34,122 nucleotides of DNA, from the IMG/VR virus record IMGVR_UViG_3300045733_000484; one strand, written 5' to 3'. The DNA comes from an uncultured virus (IMG/VR IMGVR_UViG_3300045733_000484). Taxonomy: Duplodnaviria; Heunggongvirae; Uroviricota; Caudoviricetes. The notes under the pieces are model-generated. The model had not been told where the DNA came from, did no database searches, and saw nothing but the letters and a program-made list of their open reading frames with translations. A program made the position numbers and the translations under genes. Positions 17,858 to 26,474 of this stretch are shown piece after piece. How positions within the stretch are numbered: position 1 is the first letter of the stretch; each line of letters starts with the position of its first letter.

Positions 17858-19321
17858 ATGACACAGTTTGGTAGTAATATAAGTATTCAAATGACCAGGG
17901 AGTCTTCTGTACCTTCAATGCAGAAGTTTAATCCTACTTTAATAATGAGTAAGAAATATAACTACTCTGTTGATTACTTTGAACTACGAGCACAACCAGA
18001 GTTTACAGAACCTCCTCTTCCATCAATTACTATATCAGGATCCACTACTGTAGGATCATTACTAACGTTAACATCCGATCCAAAGGTCATCAATGCAGAA
18101 GCTAACTTAAAATTTGTTAATAATGTACTTTATGCAACTGGTAATATAGAGGCCAACGCTTTTTATTCTTCTTCTTTCTTTATTGCCATAGATGATGTTG
18201 AAAATTTCAACCAGATGGCTTCTTATGGTCAGTCTCTATACAAAGACTCGATAGTAAGAATGAACTTTACTCCTATTGTAATCAGTTCTGCTTTTGCTAT
18301 TGCGTATATGTTTGACACTCATAATGCCTTTACTCATACTGGAGCCAAGTTAATATCAGTAAAAAACCATGGAGTAGAAAAGTTTTATATAGACAAGGAT
18401 GGGGAAGTATATGCCAATGGTGTTCATTTAGGTGATAATAGTAGTAGAGAACCTGCTTTAGGTAATCCCGGAGTTGATGGGTATATCCTTTCTTCAACAG
18501 CTGCAGGAGTAAGATCATGGATTGCACTTCCATCGAGTATGGTATATCCTGGTGCCGGCATTGCTATATCTACAGGATCTGCCTGGGGAACTTCAATAAC
18601 TGACAATTCGGTTAATTGGAATAGTGCTTATGGTTGGGGTAATCATGCAGGACTATACTCATTACTTGCACATGATCATTCTGGAGTATATTCATTAATA
18701 GGTCATGATCATGCAGGAGTGTATTCGTTAGTTGGTCATGATCATTCTGGAATATATGAACCAGTATTAGGAAACCCTGGGACCAATGGATTTCTTCTTT
18801 CTTCTACTACATTAGGAGTACGGTCATGGGTAGCAACTCCTTCACATTCACATGGAAATATAACTAATGCTGGAAAGATAGGAACAACAGCATATCTTCC
18901 TGTATTGACTGGAACAGGAGGAATTTTAAATACTGGTGTCTTTGGTACTTATCCAGGTACTTTCTGTGCTGGTGACGATGCAAGATTAGGAGATGTTCGT
19001 GTTCCTTCACCTCATAATCTGGTAGACACAACTAATCATCCGGTTACTGGTCTTACTGCAGGACATGTTATGAAAGCATTATCGGCCACTACATATGGAT
19101 TTGCTGCTCTTACCGCGGCAAACATATCAGCTGAGCCAGATCTTGGTGATCCTTTAGTAGATGGATATATACTGGCTTCTACAGTAGCAGGAGCAAGATC
19201 ATGGGTAGTTAATCCAGGAGATGGTCATCTTCAGCATTCTGATGATGAGACAGCAACCAGTATTTTGGCTTTAGGTATTGATGAATTGGATTTTGCATTA
19301 ATTAAATCTTTTATGATATGA
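17858..19321 (+). CDS. Tail fibre protein with HxH repeats
   Basis: Gly/Thr-rich; HDH 11-aa repeats and three EP.LG.P..G..L.ST..G.RSW repeats; homologous segments shared with 21363-23843. Alternative start at ATG 17918. Confidence 0.7.
   Translation: MTQFGSNISIQMTRESSVPSMQKFNPTLIMSKKYNYSVDYFELRAQPEFTEPPLPSITISGSTTVGSLLTLTSDPKVINAEANLKFVNNVLYATGNIEANAFYSSSFFIAIDDVENFNQMASYGQSLYKDSIVRMNFTPIVISSAFAIAYMFDTHNAFTHTGAKLISVKNHGVEKFYIDKDGEVYANGVHLGDNSSREPALGNPGVDGYILSSTAAGVRSWIALPSSMVYPGAGIAISTGSAWGTSITDNSVNWNSAYGWGNHAGLYSLLAHDHSGVYSLIGHDHAGVYSLVGHDHSGIYEPVLGNPGTNGFLLSSTTLGVRSWVATPSHSHGNITNAGKIGTTAYLPVLTGTGGILNTGVFGTYPGTFCAGDDARLGDVRVPSPHNLVDTTNHPVTGLTAGHVMKALSATTYGFAALTAANISAEPDLGDPLVDGYILASTVAGARSWVVNPGDGHLQHSDDETATSILALGIDELDFALIKSFMI
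18449..19204 (+). repeat. Three dispersed 24-aa intragenic repeats (EPxLGxPxxxGxxLxSTxxGxRSW)
   Basis: Copies at 18449-18520, 18758-18829 and 19133-19204. Confidence 0.9.
18642..18760 (+). repeat. 33-bp period tandem repeat encoding (HDH[S/A]GVYSLxG)n
   Basis: NHAGLYSLLA-HDHSGVYSLIG-HDHAGVYSLVG-HDHSGIYE; catgatcat recurs every 33 nt. Confidence 0.9.
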
Positions 19322-19782
19322 GTTTAGCAGCAGTTAATATTCCGAAATATGCCACTGTTCTTAATGGTGGTATTGGTGTTTTAGGGACCGGTGCTTCTAC
19401 AGTTGGAGCAACAGCTCTTGGTATTGATGGTATTGCGGCAGACGCAAAGGTAGTATATACAGCAGGGACTTATGGAGGTATTGTTGAGAGTTTGATGATT
19501 TCTACCAATGATACAGCAGCAGTGAACGTCTTTGTATATGCTTTGGATGGAGCAACTGTTCATCCTCTTGGAATAGTAAATATTCCGTTATCATCAGGTA
19601 ATGCAGCTTCTGTTTTAAATATTGATGCTCTTAATATTATTCAGGGATTGCCACTTAATTCTGTATATAAGAAGTACATTCCACTAAAAGCTAATATGAC
19701 TTTAAAAGTGGCTGTTCTTGCTGCAATGACGGCAAATAAAAGTTTGTGGGCTAAAACAACAGGATTAGATTTTATAGCATGA
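19318..19782 (+). CDS. Putative tail-associated small beta-sandwich protein
   Basis: 154 aa, ATGA overlaps on both sides, beta-rich composition, located in the fibre cluster. Confidence 0.55.
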   Translation: MSLAAVNIPKYATVLNGGIGVLGTGASTVGATALGIDGIAADAKVVYTAGTYGGIVESLMISTNDTAAVNVFVYALDGATVHPLGIVNIPLSSGNAASVLNIDALNIIQGLPLNSVYKKYIPLKANMTLKVAVLAAMTANKSLWAKTTGLDFIA

Positions 19783-20528
19783 TATATACATCTAATATCG
19801 TATCACCATCAGGAATAAGAGTGGGATCTCCACCACTTTTAACACTGCATAATGATAGTATTATCAGTACTGATGCAATTATTACTGCTGGTGAAAAAGT
19901 AATTAGATCTGATGGAAATACTGTAACATGGTGTGATTCAAGAGAATTATCAACAGTAATAAAAGATAATACTAATCTTGTATTTGCATGGGCAGATAAG
20001 TTAGGTACTGATAGAGGTTTTAGGAACGATGGTAGGGCTACATATTCTGCTACTAATGGAATAACTTTTGATGGAGTTACTCAATATTTAAGAACCCCAA
20101 CATATACTCTTGCTCAACCTACATTTATATACATGGTTGTTCAGCAACCTTCCTGGGTAAGTAGTAAGTATATATTTGATGGTTTTTATACTAACTCTGG
20201 AATGCTTGTAAAAACTGGTACTACTCCTCAGATTGTAGCAGGAGCAGGATCAAATAGTGGTGTGAATGTTAACTTAACTGTTGGAGTATGGCATATTGTT
20301 AGAGTATTGTTTAATGGAGCTTCCAGTAAATTAATAGTTGATACTACATCAGCAGTAACTTTTAGTTGTGGAGCTGGAGCTATGAGTGGAATGACATTAT
20401 CAAGACCAGGAGCTTCATCCAGTGCATTTGGAAACAATTATATAAAAGAAGTTATAATTAGGAGTGTATCTGACTCAGCAGGGAATGAAGCTGCGATATA
20501 CAGTTATCTAAGTAATAAATATTTATAG
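19779..20528 (+). CDS. ConA/LamG-like lectin-fold protein (putative receptor-binding)
   Basis: WAD..G, GITFDGVTQYL, WHIV...FNGASSKLIVD and IKEVII....IYSYLSNKY pattern of phage LamG-like domains. Confidence 0.65.
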   Translation: MIYTSNIVSPSGIRVGSPPLLTLHNDSIISTDAIITAGEKVIRSDGNTVTWCDSRELSTVIKDNTNLVFAWADKLGTDRGFRNDGRATYSATNGITFDGVTQYLRTPTYTLAQPTFIYMVVQQPSWVSSKYIFDGFYTNSGMLVKTGTTPQIVAGAGSNSGVNVNLTVGVWHIVRVLFNGASSKLIVDTTSAVTFSCGAGAMSGMTLSRPGASSSAFGNNYIKEVIIRSVSDSAGNEAAIYSYLSNKYL

Positions 20529-20532
20529 ATAC

Positions 20533-21363
20533 ATGATAATCTTACCAGGTATAAGAACAGGAGCGCCTCCAATAGCGATAGATAGTCCTTCTCCATATCT
20601 GTTGAATAAGTTTCCACAGGAGTATGTAATGATGGCATATTCTCTTCGGAGATTGAGAACAGATTATAGTGGTTATTGTATTGATGTTCAAAGGTCAAGT
20701 GATAATGCTGTACAAAGTTTTGGATTTAAAGCTGATCAAGTTGATATTGTAGCAGTACAAGCGTTTGTAGGAGTTGGTAATGGATTTATTAATAAATGGT
20801 ATGATCAGAGTGGAAATGGTAGACATGTAGTTAATTCTGTTCCTGGAGCACAGATATCTATTATTATTACTGGAGTGGTAAATGTTTTATATAATAGTAG
20901 ACCATCAATTTCGTTTTCAGGTGCTGGTGCTCATTTAAGTTTTACAACTACATCAAATAGGATAATAACATCAGGATTATATGGTATAGCAGTTTCCAGA
21001 ATGACTGTTAATAAAGTAAGTACCAGAGTATTTGAACTTAGTGGAACGGTAGACGCATCAACAGCTGATAATGTAGGATGGACTGGTGGAGGTGTTGCTT
21101 TATTACTTAATGTAGTAACTGATTTAGTAGTAACACAATCAAACAGACCTAATACTTTAAGAGGTGGAAGTTATTTTGTTATAGGACGTGATATGCTTCA
21201 TAATGGATCTCCACCTTATTATGCTACAGGATATGGTACCGGAACTGCAGCTACACTACAAGGATATATTTCAGAGATTGTAATCTTTAATTACACTTAT
21301 TCAGCAATGAGAATATCAGGTTTAGTTTCTAACATGAGAAGTTATTACGGAACAACAAACTAA
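20533..21363 (+). CDS. Arabinofuranosidase-B catalytic-domain-like (ConA fold) protein, putative receptor-binding
   Basis: AYSLRRLRTDYSG..I.V.RSSDNA...FGF and GFINKWYDQSGNGRH signature; C-terminal GYISEIVIF. Confidence 0.65.
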   Translation: MIILPGIRTGAPPIAIDSPSPYLLNKFPQEYVMMAYSLRRLRTDYSGYCIDVQRSSDNAVQSFGFKADQVDIVAVQAFVGVGNGFINKWYDQSGNGRHVVNSVPGAQISIIITGVVNVLYNSRPSISFSGAGAHLSFTTTSNRIITSGLYGIAVSRMTVNKVSTRVFELSGTVDASTADNVGWTGGGVALLLNVVTDLVVTQSNRPNTLRGGSYFVIGRDMLHNGSPPYYATGYGTGTAATLQGYISEIVIFNYTYSAMRISGLVSNMRSYYGTTN

Positions 21364-23843
21364 TGCAACTATTTCATCCTTCATATATCCGGAGTCACAG
21401 ATACAACTATACTGTAGACTATTTTGAGTTAAGGGCTCAGTCTGGAAGAGATGTATATTCATTAGTAGAAACAGGTGGAGGTGATTCTTTATGGACAGAA
21501 GAGATCTCTGATGTACTTATTCATCCAGTCAATCTTTCAAATGCTGTAGTAATCGGTGGAACAGTACTACGTGGTAGCGAGATGCTTCGTGTTGTTGGTA
21601 GTATCAACATAGAAAGAATGACTATTGGAGGATCATACATAACTGAGACGAATGGTGGGTTGATGTTCTTTGATAATATTTTGAATAGGGAGATCAGTCT
21701 GTCGGATATAATAAGTCAATATTGGACGCGTAACGCTACATACGGATGGCTCCTTCCTAAGAACGGTAGTGATTCCTTACTGTTGGGCCAGACTTCCGGA
21801 AGTGCTCTTAAACGGCTCCAGATTACGTCAGAACGAGATGATGGATCCAGTCATATCCTTTTCAGTAAAAATAGTTCCGGGGTAGACATATTCAATGTAA
21901 GTGACCAGGGAAGTGTTTACTTAAAGGGTAATCTTCTATTTAGTACTTCAGAATATATCTCAAGAACAGATACTTATCTTGACTTTACTGTAGAGAGTCT
22001 TTCCGGATTAAAGATCTACAAAGATAAGATGGAAGGTAGTGCTTTCTTAATAAAGTCTACAGATGCTTTTTATTCCAGGGTAGGATATCCTGGTGACGGT
22101 TTAGGGTTCCCTGCCAACAATGAGGTTGCTATATATACGAATAATATCAACTCATTAAATATCAGTGCTACACAGATTACATTTCCAAAGGATAACTGGA
22201 TATATTCCGGAAAGAATCTCCTTCGTGTACGCACAGATGATATTATTGAACTTGGTACGTTTGCTTTTGATGATATTGAAAAAATCTTCTATATCACTCC
22301 AGATGTAACTATATCTAAGGATCCTGTAGGAAACATGATGTTTGATGATGAGTTTGTGGGTCCTGTATCTCTTACTCAGCTTCTTTCAACGAGTACAAAT
22401 TATTTTGATCGATCTCCTGAAGGAATTTTATCTCCCAGGATAACTACAGATGTACTAACACTTCCTGTTCTTGCTGGAACTGGAACACGGATTGTCTTTA
22501 TAACTACTGATGGTACTCTTATACCAGGTGATTATGTTGAACCTATTGTTCCTGTTTCTGATATATTATATTGGAATGAATCATCAAATAAGTATACTCC
22601 ATATGCTGCACAGTCTGATGGTAAGTTCGACTTAGGAACAGTTGATCCTGTGCATACTACAAGATTGAATTATGATGGGTATTTTTATTCTACAAAACTA
22701 TATTCTCAATATTTATCTGTTAATGATGGATCTTTAAGACATCTTTATATAAATTCCGGAAATGTATCTGCAACTGGACAGACAGCTGGTGATCTAATTA
22801 TAAAATCTGGTGATGCTATATTTGGAGATGCTACTACTCATGCTGGCAGTCTTTATTTAAGTCCAGGAGGTGGAACTAATGCTGGAAATGCCGGATATAT
22901 ATATCTTGGACATGCAAATTATCCAGGTAACAATGTAGGTTTCTATCCTGCTGGTACTCTTGCAAATATTACACTAAGTTTCAATGCAAAAGGAAATGGG
23001 AATATTACGTTCTGGTCGAATAACGTATTATCATTTGTAGGTAATAGTGCAGTATACATGCAGTCTCCGCGTATGCTTGTAACTGGAGGAATGAATTTTA
23101 TTCTTGAAGGTGCAATGGGATGGAATCATGCTGGATATGATGTTACTATCAAGGGAGGTTATGGAGAAGCAAGTGTATCTACTACAGATCTTAATGGAGG
23201 AAATGTTTATATATACGGTGGATTGCCACACTACTCAGGAGTAATGGGTAATGTTTATTTTGGTAATGGTGGATCCGGTTTTCTTCCTGCAAAATCTTCT
23301 GAGACGAATGTAGTATTCTATAATCCGGCAACAGGACTTCTTACATATGGTGTACCAGCAGGAGGAGGTGGAGGTGTTACTATTACTGGAACTCCAAGTT
23401 CAGGAACTATTTCTTTGATAACTGGAGCAGATACCATAACAGGTGATGACTATTTCTGGTATGATAGTTCAACATTGTATGTCAATAGTATACAGTCCAA
23501 TAACGTTAATGCTCTTTCAGATGTTAACAATGCTAACGTCATGAATGAATATAGCAATACAATATGGAAAGATAGTGTTATCAAAATGACATTAAATCCT
23601 GAAGTAAATAATTCTGGTGATCCGGTAGCTTATATGTTCGATACATTCGTAGCATTAACTATGGCTACAACAAGACTGTTTTCTATAAGAAACTATGGTA
23701 CAGAAAAGTTCTATATTGACAAAGATGGTAATATTAATTCTTTAGGTATTGTCGAATATACTGATAATGCTGCAGCTGTGTCTGCTGGTCTTTCTGTAGG
23801 TACTTTCTATCGTACTGGTGATTTATTAAAAGTAGTTCATTAA
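21363..23843 (+). CDS. Long tail fibre protein
   Basis: 826 aa, Gly-rich G.L.I..G repeats; C-terminal YTDNAAAVSAGL.VG.FYRTG motif common in Bacteroidota/phage fibres; paralogous segments shared with 17858-19321. Confidence 0.7.
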   Translation: MQLFHPSYIRSHRYNYTVDYFELRAQSGRDVYSLVETGGGDSLWTEEISDVLIHPVNLSNAVVIGGTVLRGSEMLRVVGSINIERMTIGGSYITETNGGLMFFDNILNREISLSDIISQYWTRNATYGWLLPKNGSDSLLLGQTSGSALKRLQITSERDDGSSHILFSKNSSGVDIFNVSDQGSVYLKGNLLFSTSEYISRTDTYLDFTVESLSGLKIYKDKMEGSAFLIKSTDAFYSRVGYPGDGLGFPANNEVAIYTNNINSLNISATQITFPKDNWIYSGKNLLRVRTDDIIELGTFAFDDIEKIFYITPDVTISKDPVGNMMFDDEFVGPVSLTQLLSTSTNYFDRSPEGILSPRITTDVLTLPVLAGTGTRIVFITTDGTLIPGDYVEPIVPVSDILYWNESSNKYTPYAAQSDGKFDLGTVDPVHTTRLNYDGYFYSTKLYSQYLSVNDGSLRHLYINSGNVSATGQTAGDLIIKSGDAIFGDATTHAGSLYLSPGGGTNAGNAGYIYLGHANYPGNNVGFYPAGTLANITLSFNAKGNGNITFWSNNVLSFVGNSAVYMQSPRMLVTGGMNFILEGAMGWNHAGYDVTIKGGYGEASVSTTDLNGGNVYIYGGLPHYSGVMGNVYFGNGGSGFLPAKSSETNVVFYNPATGLLTYGVPAGGGGGVTITGTPSSGTISLITGADTITGDDYFWYDSSTLYVNSIQSNNVNALSDVNNANVMNEYSNTIWKDSVIKMTLNPEVNNSGDPVAYMFDTFVALTMATTRLFSIRNYGTEKFYIDKDGNINSLGIVEYTDNAAAVSAGLSVGTFYRTGDLLKVVH

Positions 23844-23869
23844 ACAATTATACAAAAACAAAAAAAGTT

Positions 23870-23877
23870 TATCTTTG
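23870..23877 (+). promoter_or_regulatory. Bacteroidota primary-sigma -7 promoter element
   Basis: TATCTTTG (TAnnTTTG) in the only sizeable gap between + strand genes, 19 nt before the glycosyltransferase ATG; no clear -33 TTTG. Confidence 0.55.
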
Positions 23878-23896
23878 AAATACATAAATACATCAT

Positions 23897-24976
23897 ATGA
23901 AGAAGATACTTTTCCTCTTAAAAGACAGACACTATAGTCCAGCCAAAGGCTCCTATGGTCTTCTAAATTCTGCCAGTCAGGTTGCGGCCTATCTGACAGA
24001 GAAACTTAATGTATGCCAGATCACTACTGTTAAAGACAGTAACGGTATTGATAAGGTATTACACGAATTCAATCCGGACATTGTAATTATTGAAGCTCTA
24101 TGGGTAACAGCTGATAAATTACAGGAGCTTATGAATATCCACCGATACATGCATATCAAGTGGGTTGTAAGGGTTCACAGCGACATGGGATATCTTTCTA
24201 CAGAAGGTAATGGCATAAGGACTCTTAATGACTATATCGATCTTGGTGCCCTTAATCTGACTATATCGATGAATAATTCCGGATTTAATAAAGCACTTTC
24301 AAATGCTCTCGGATTCCGGTTTATCTATCTACCAAATATCATTACCTATCATGAACCATTTGAGGATTATACCAGGGAGAAAAGTAGAATTCATATTGGA
24401 TGTTTCGGGGCTTTGAGACTTCTTAAAAACCAGCCATTCCAGGCCATATGTGCTATCGAAGCTGCAAACAGGATGGATAAGAAATTAATGTTTCATATTA
24501 CTCCAAATACCCCTACGGATCGCGATACTGTCTATGAAAACATAAGGGAGATATTCAAGAATACTCAGCATGAACTTATCATTCATCCATGGATGGATAC
24601 AAAGAAGTTTCACAAGCTGATCAGTAAGATGGATCTTGGCCTTCAGCTTTCCTACACAGAGAGTTTCAATATTGTCACAGCTGATTTTGTCAGTAAGAAT
24701 AAACTTATCATAGTAAGTCAGTGTATCGATTGGATGCCAGATATATTAAAGACTTCTACTACTAACTATGAAGATGTAGTTAAGAAGATCATATATGTCT
24801 ATGGTAAGAGAAATGATCATCTTCTGAAGGAACTTACCCGCCGGCACTTATTCGACTATAATATTGTTGCAAAGAAGAAATGGGATAGCTTCCTTGTTAC
24901 TCTTGAACATCATCATCATCATCATCATGGTCCATCAATTGATTTTCATGACGGATTACGAGAAAGAGAAAGATAA
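23897..24976 (+). CDS. GT-B fold glycosyltransferase (GT4-like) with C-terminal His7 run
   Basis: PDIVII, VRVHSD, IGCFGALRLLKNQ and MDLGLQLSYTESFNIVTAD (E-x7-D/E signature). Confidence 0.75.
   Translation: MKKILFLLKDRHYSPAKGSYGLLNSASQVAAYLTEKLNVCQITTVKDSNGIDKVLHEFNPDIVIIEALWVTADKLQELMNIHRYMHIKWVVRVHSDMGYLSTEGNGIRTLNDYIDLGALNLTISMNNSGFNKALSNALGFRFIYLPNIITYHEPFEDYTREKSRIHIGCFGALRLLKNQPFQAICAIEAANRMDKKLMFHITPNTPTDRDTVYENIREIFKNTQHELIIHPWMDTKKFHKLISKMDLGLQLSYTESFNIVTADFVSKNKLIIVSQCIDWMPDILKTSTTNYEDVVKKIIYVYGKRNDHLLKELTRRHLFDYNIVAKKKWDSFLVTLEHHHHHHHGPSIDFHDGLRERER
24908..24928 (+). repeat. (CAT)7 trinucleotide repeat encoding His7
   Basis: Perfect (CAT)7 seen directly. Confidence 0.95.
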
Positions 24977-25505
24977 TGATTCCGATATCCTTCCCGGGTT
25001 GAGGAGTAAAGATGAAAGAGCCTTCGAGCAGTTATATACAAGATATCAGCGGTTAGTATTTGTAGCTATCAATGAAATAGTAAAAAACAATCTGGATGCT
25101 GAAGATCTGATGATCGATACTTTTGTGAAGGTTTTTCTTAAGATAGACTCCTATGCACCATTGTTCTTATTCCGTACTTGGTTAGTTAAGATTGCAAGAA
25201 ACACCGGTTATGACTTTGTTAAGGTAAGAAAGAACAAAAAGAGTGGTGATGAACAACTAAATGAGTCTTATGGATATTCTGATTACAATTCACTGGATCC
25301 GGAAGAGATATTAATTAGAACTGAAGGAGTTCTTACTATAGAAAACCGGATCAATATGTTATCTCCAATGTTGAAAAAAGTATTAATCATGCGGTGTATA
25401 GAGGATTACAGTTATGAAGAGATCATTACTACTCTTGGCATAACAGGTAACGAGGCCAGAGTATTTCTATTTAGAGCAAGAAAGAAATTAAAAATTGCAA
25501 TATGA
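24948..25505 (+). CDS. ECF-type sigma-70 factor
   Basis: Region 2: DERAFEQLY.RY, DAEDL..DTFVKVF, FRTWLVKIARN..YD. Region 4: L.PMLK.VL.MR..E.YSYEEI...LG.....RV.LFRARKKL. Start reassigned from 24864 to ATG 24948 (185 aa). Confidence 0.9.
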   Translation: MTDYEKEKDNDSDILPGLRSKDERAFEQLYTRYQRLVFVAINEIVKNNLDAEDLMIDTFVKVFLKIDSYAPLFLFRTWLVKIARNTGYDFVKVRKNKKSGDEQLNESYGYSDYNSLDPEEILIRTEGVLTIENRINMLSPMLKKVLIMRCIEDYSYEEIITTLGITGNEARVFLFRARKKLKIAI

Positions 25506-25996
25506 AAAACAAAGAATTGTACACATTGAAAGATGGTATTAACCAGGTATCGCATCTTGGTGGCGCTGACTTTGCCATAGGTGTGATAAAGAATCTAAAG
25601 TTAGTTGAGAAAGAGATTGAAGTACTCGATGCTATTATCAAAACATCAAAGGACTTTGAAGAGAAATATCAACCAGCAGTAGAAAAAATCGCCAGGATCT
25701 ATTGTAAGAAGGACGAGAAGGGTAATCCTCTTCCACGTATCACAAGATCTGGACAGGCCTTATATGAGTTTACTCCTGAGGCTAAGATTGATTTTGATGC
25801 AGCTATTAAGGCGCTGGAAGAGAAAGAAGAGTTTGTTGAGATCGTGAAGTTCCGGAAGAACCAGGAAACGAAGTTTGAGGAAGCTCTTGAGAAGGAGTGT
25901 ACTATACAGTTTGTTAAGGTAAAAAAAGAGTATATACCGAAAGATATTAAGATTGGTGAATTAAATTCAATATATTTGATTCTCGAAGAATTTTAA
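25502..25996 (+). CDS. Hypothetical charged helical phage protein
   Basis: 164 aa, ATGA overlap with the sigma gene; YCKKDEKGNP motif reminiscent of small phage proteins found near tail genes. Confidence 0.65.
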   Translation: MKNKELYTLKDGINQVSHLGGADFAIGVIKNLKLVEKEIEVLDAIIKTSKDFEEKYQPAVEKIARIYCKKDEKGNPLPRITRSGQALYEFTPEAKIDFDAAIKALEEKEEFVEIVKFRKNQETKFEEALEKECTIQFVKVKKEYIPKDIKIGELNSIYLILEEF

Positions 25997-26005
25997 TTAC
26001 TTTTG
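25975..26005 (+). promoter_or_regulatory. Full Bacteroidota consensus promoter (-33 TTTG, 19-nt spacer, -7 TACTTTTG)
   Basis: TTTG at 25975-25978 and TACTTTTG at 25998-26005; there is no downstream + strand ORF. Confidence 0.55.
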
Positions 26006-26009
26006 TGAT

Positions 26010-26074
26010 GTCTTCTGAAATTTAGGTTTTGCCAAAAAAAAAGGCCGACAACGATAAAATGTTGCCGGCCTTTT
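26010..26074 (+). ncRNA. Candidate ~60-65-nt small RNA
   Basis: Inferred only from the consensus promoter lying immediately upstream of an intrinsic terminator. Confidence 0.3.
26034..26074. terminator. Bidirectional intrinsic terminator between the convergent blocks
   Basis: A9-GGCCGACAAC-gataaaat-GTTGCCGGCC-T4. The 10-bp stem has a G.U pair and a U9 tail on the - strand, and one mismatch with a U4 tail on the + strand. Confidence 0.85.
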
Positions 26075-26087
26075 AATTCAAAACAAA

Positions 26088-26474
26088 CTAAATGAAAGTG
26101 AAATCGGTTATTATAGTCTGGTCCTGAGGTTCTCCAAGTATTTCTTTTCTACACTTATTCAGTAATATTTCTATTTTAAATTTTACTACTCTTTCAGTAT
26201 CCACACGATTTTGTATCTCTTTCCATCCATGTAGTACTGAAGCATGATCTCTGTTTATTAAATTTCCTATTATCGCAAGTGATACATTACCAGGATAACC
26301 TAATTTTTCAAGTCTTAGAAGTATGTTGCTGATATAACAATATGTATGTCTTGCAAATATTATCTCACCCTTTCTCGACTTTCCTGTTATTACTGGTATT
26401 GATATCTTTTGAGATTCGGAAACGTTCTTCAGGATTATCTCTTGGTCACTTAGTACAATATCTATTTCTTCCAT
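26088..26474 (-). CDS. Stand-alone DnaA C-terminal (domain IV) HTH protein
   Basis: ITGKSRKGEIIFARH..CY...SLAIIG...NRDHASVLHG.KEI matches the DnaA domain IV signature (RDHTTV.HA). Confidence 0.8.
   Translation of the reverse strand: MEEIDIVLSDQEIILKNVSESQKISIPVITGKSRKGEIIFARHTYCYISNILLRLEKLGYPGNVSLAIIGNLINRDHASVLHGWKEIQNRVDTERVVKFKIEILLNKCRKEILGEPQDQTIITDFTFI

Noticed and set aside
18642..18760. 33-bp periodic repeat as a CRISPR array
   Set aside because: It is an in-frame coding tandem repeat without unique spacers, and there are no cas genes.
13339..23843. Diversity-generating retroelement or invertible shufflon in the tail cluster
   Set aside because: No reverse transcriptase or recombinase is present, and I saw no near-identical TR/VR pair or inverted repeats. 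Shared segments are diverged at synonymous sites and all genes are co-oriented.
24902..24928. LEHHHHHH looks like a pET-vector His tag
   Set aside because: The codons are CTT GAA (CAT)7, not CTCGAG(CAC)6. There is no stop or vector sequence after it, and the flanks are continuous phage genes.
24864..24947. Extended N-terminus of the sigma factor with a poly-Ile 'TM' segment
   Set aside because: It is an artefact of reading (CAT)7 in another frame from a TTG start. ATG 24948 gives a normal ECF length.
26197..26205. DnaA-box-like GTATCCACA within the DnaA-IV gene
   Set aside because: A single mismatched copy inside coding sequence is expected by chance.
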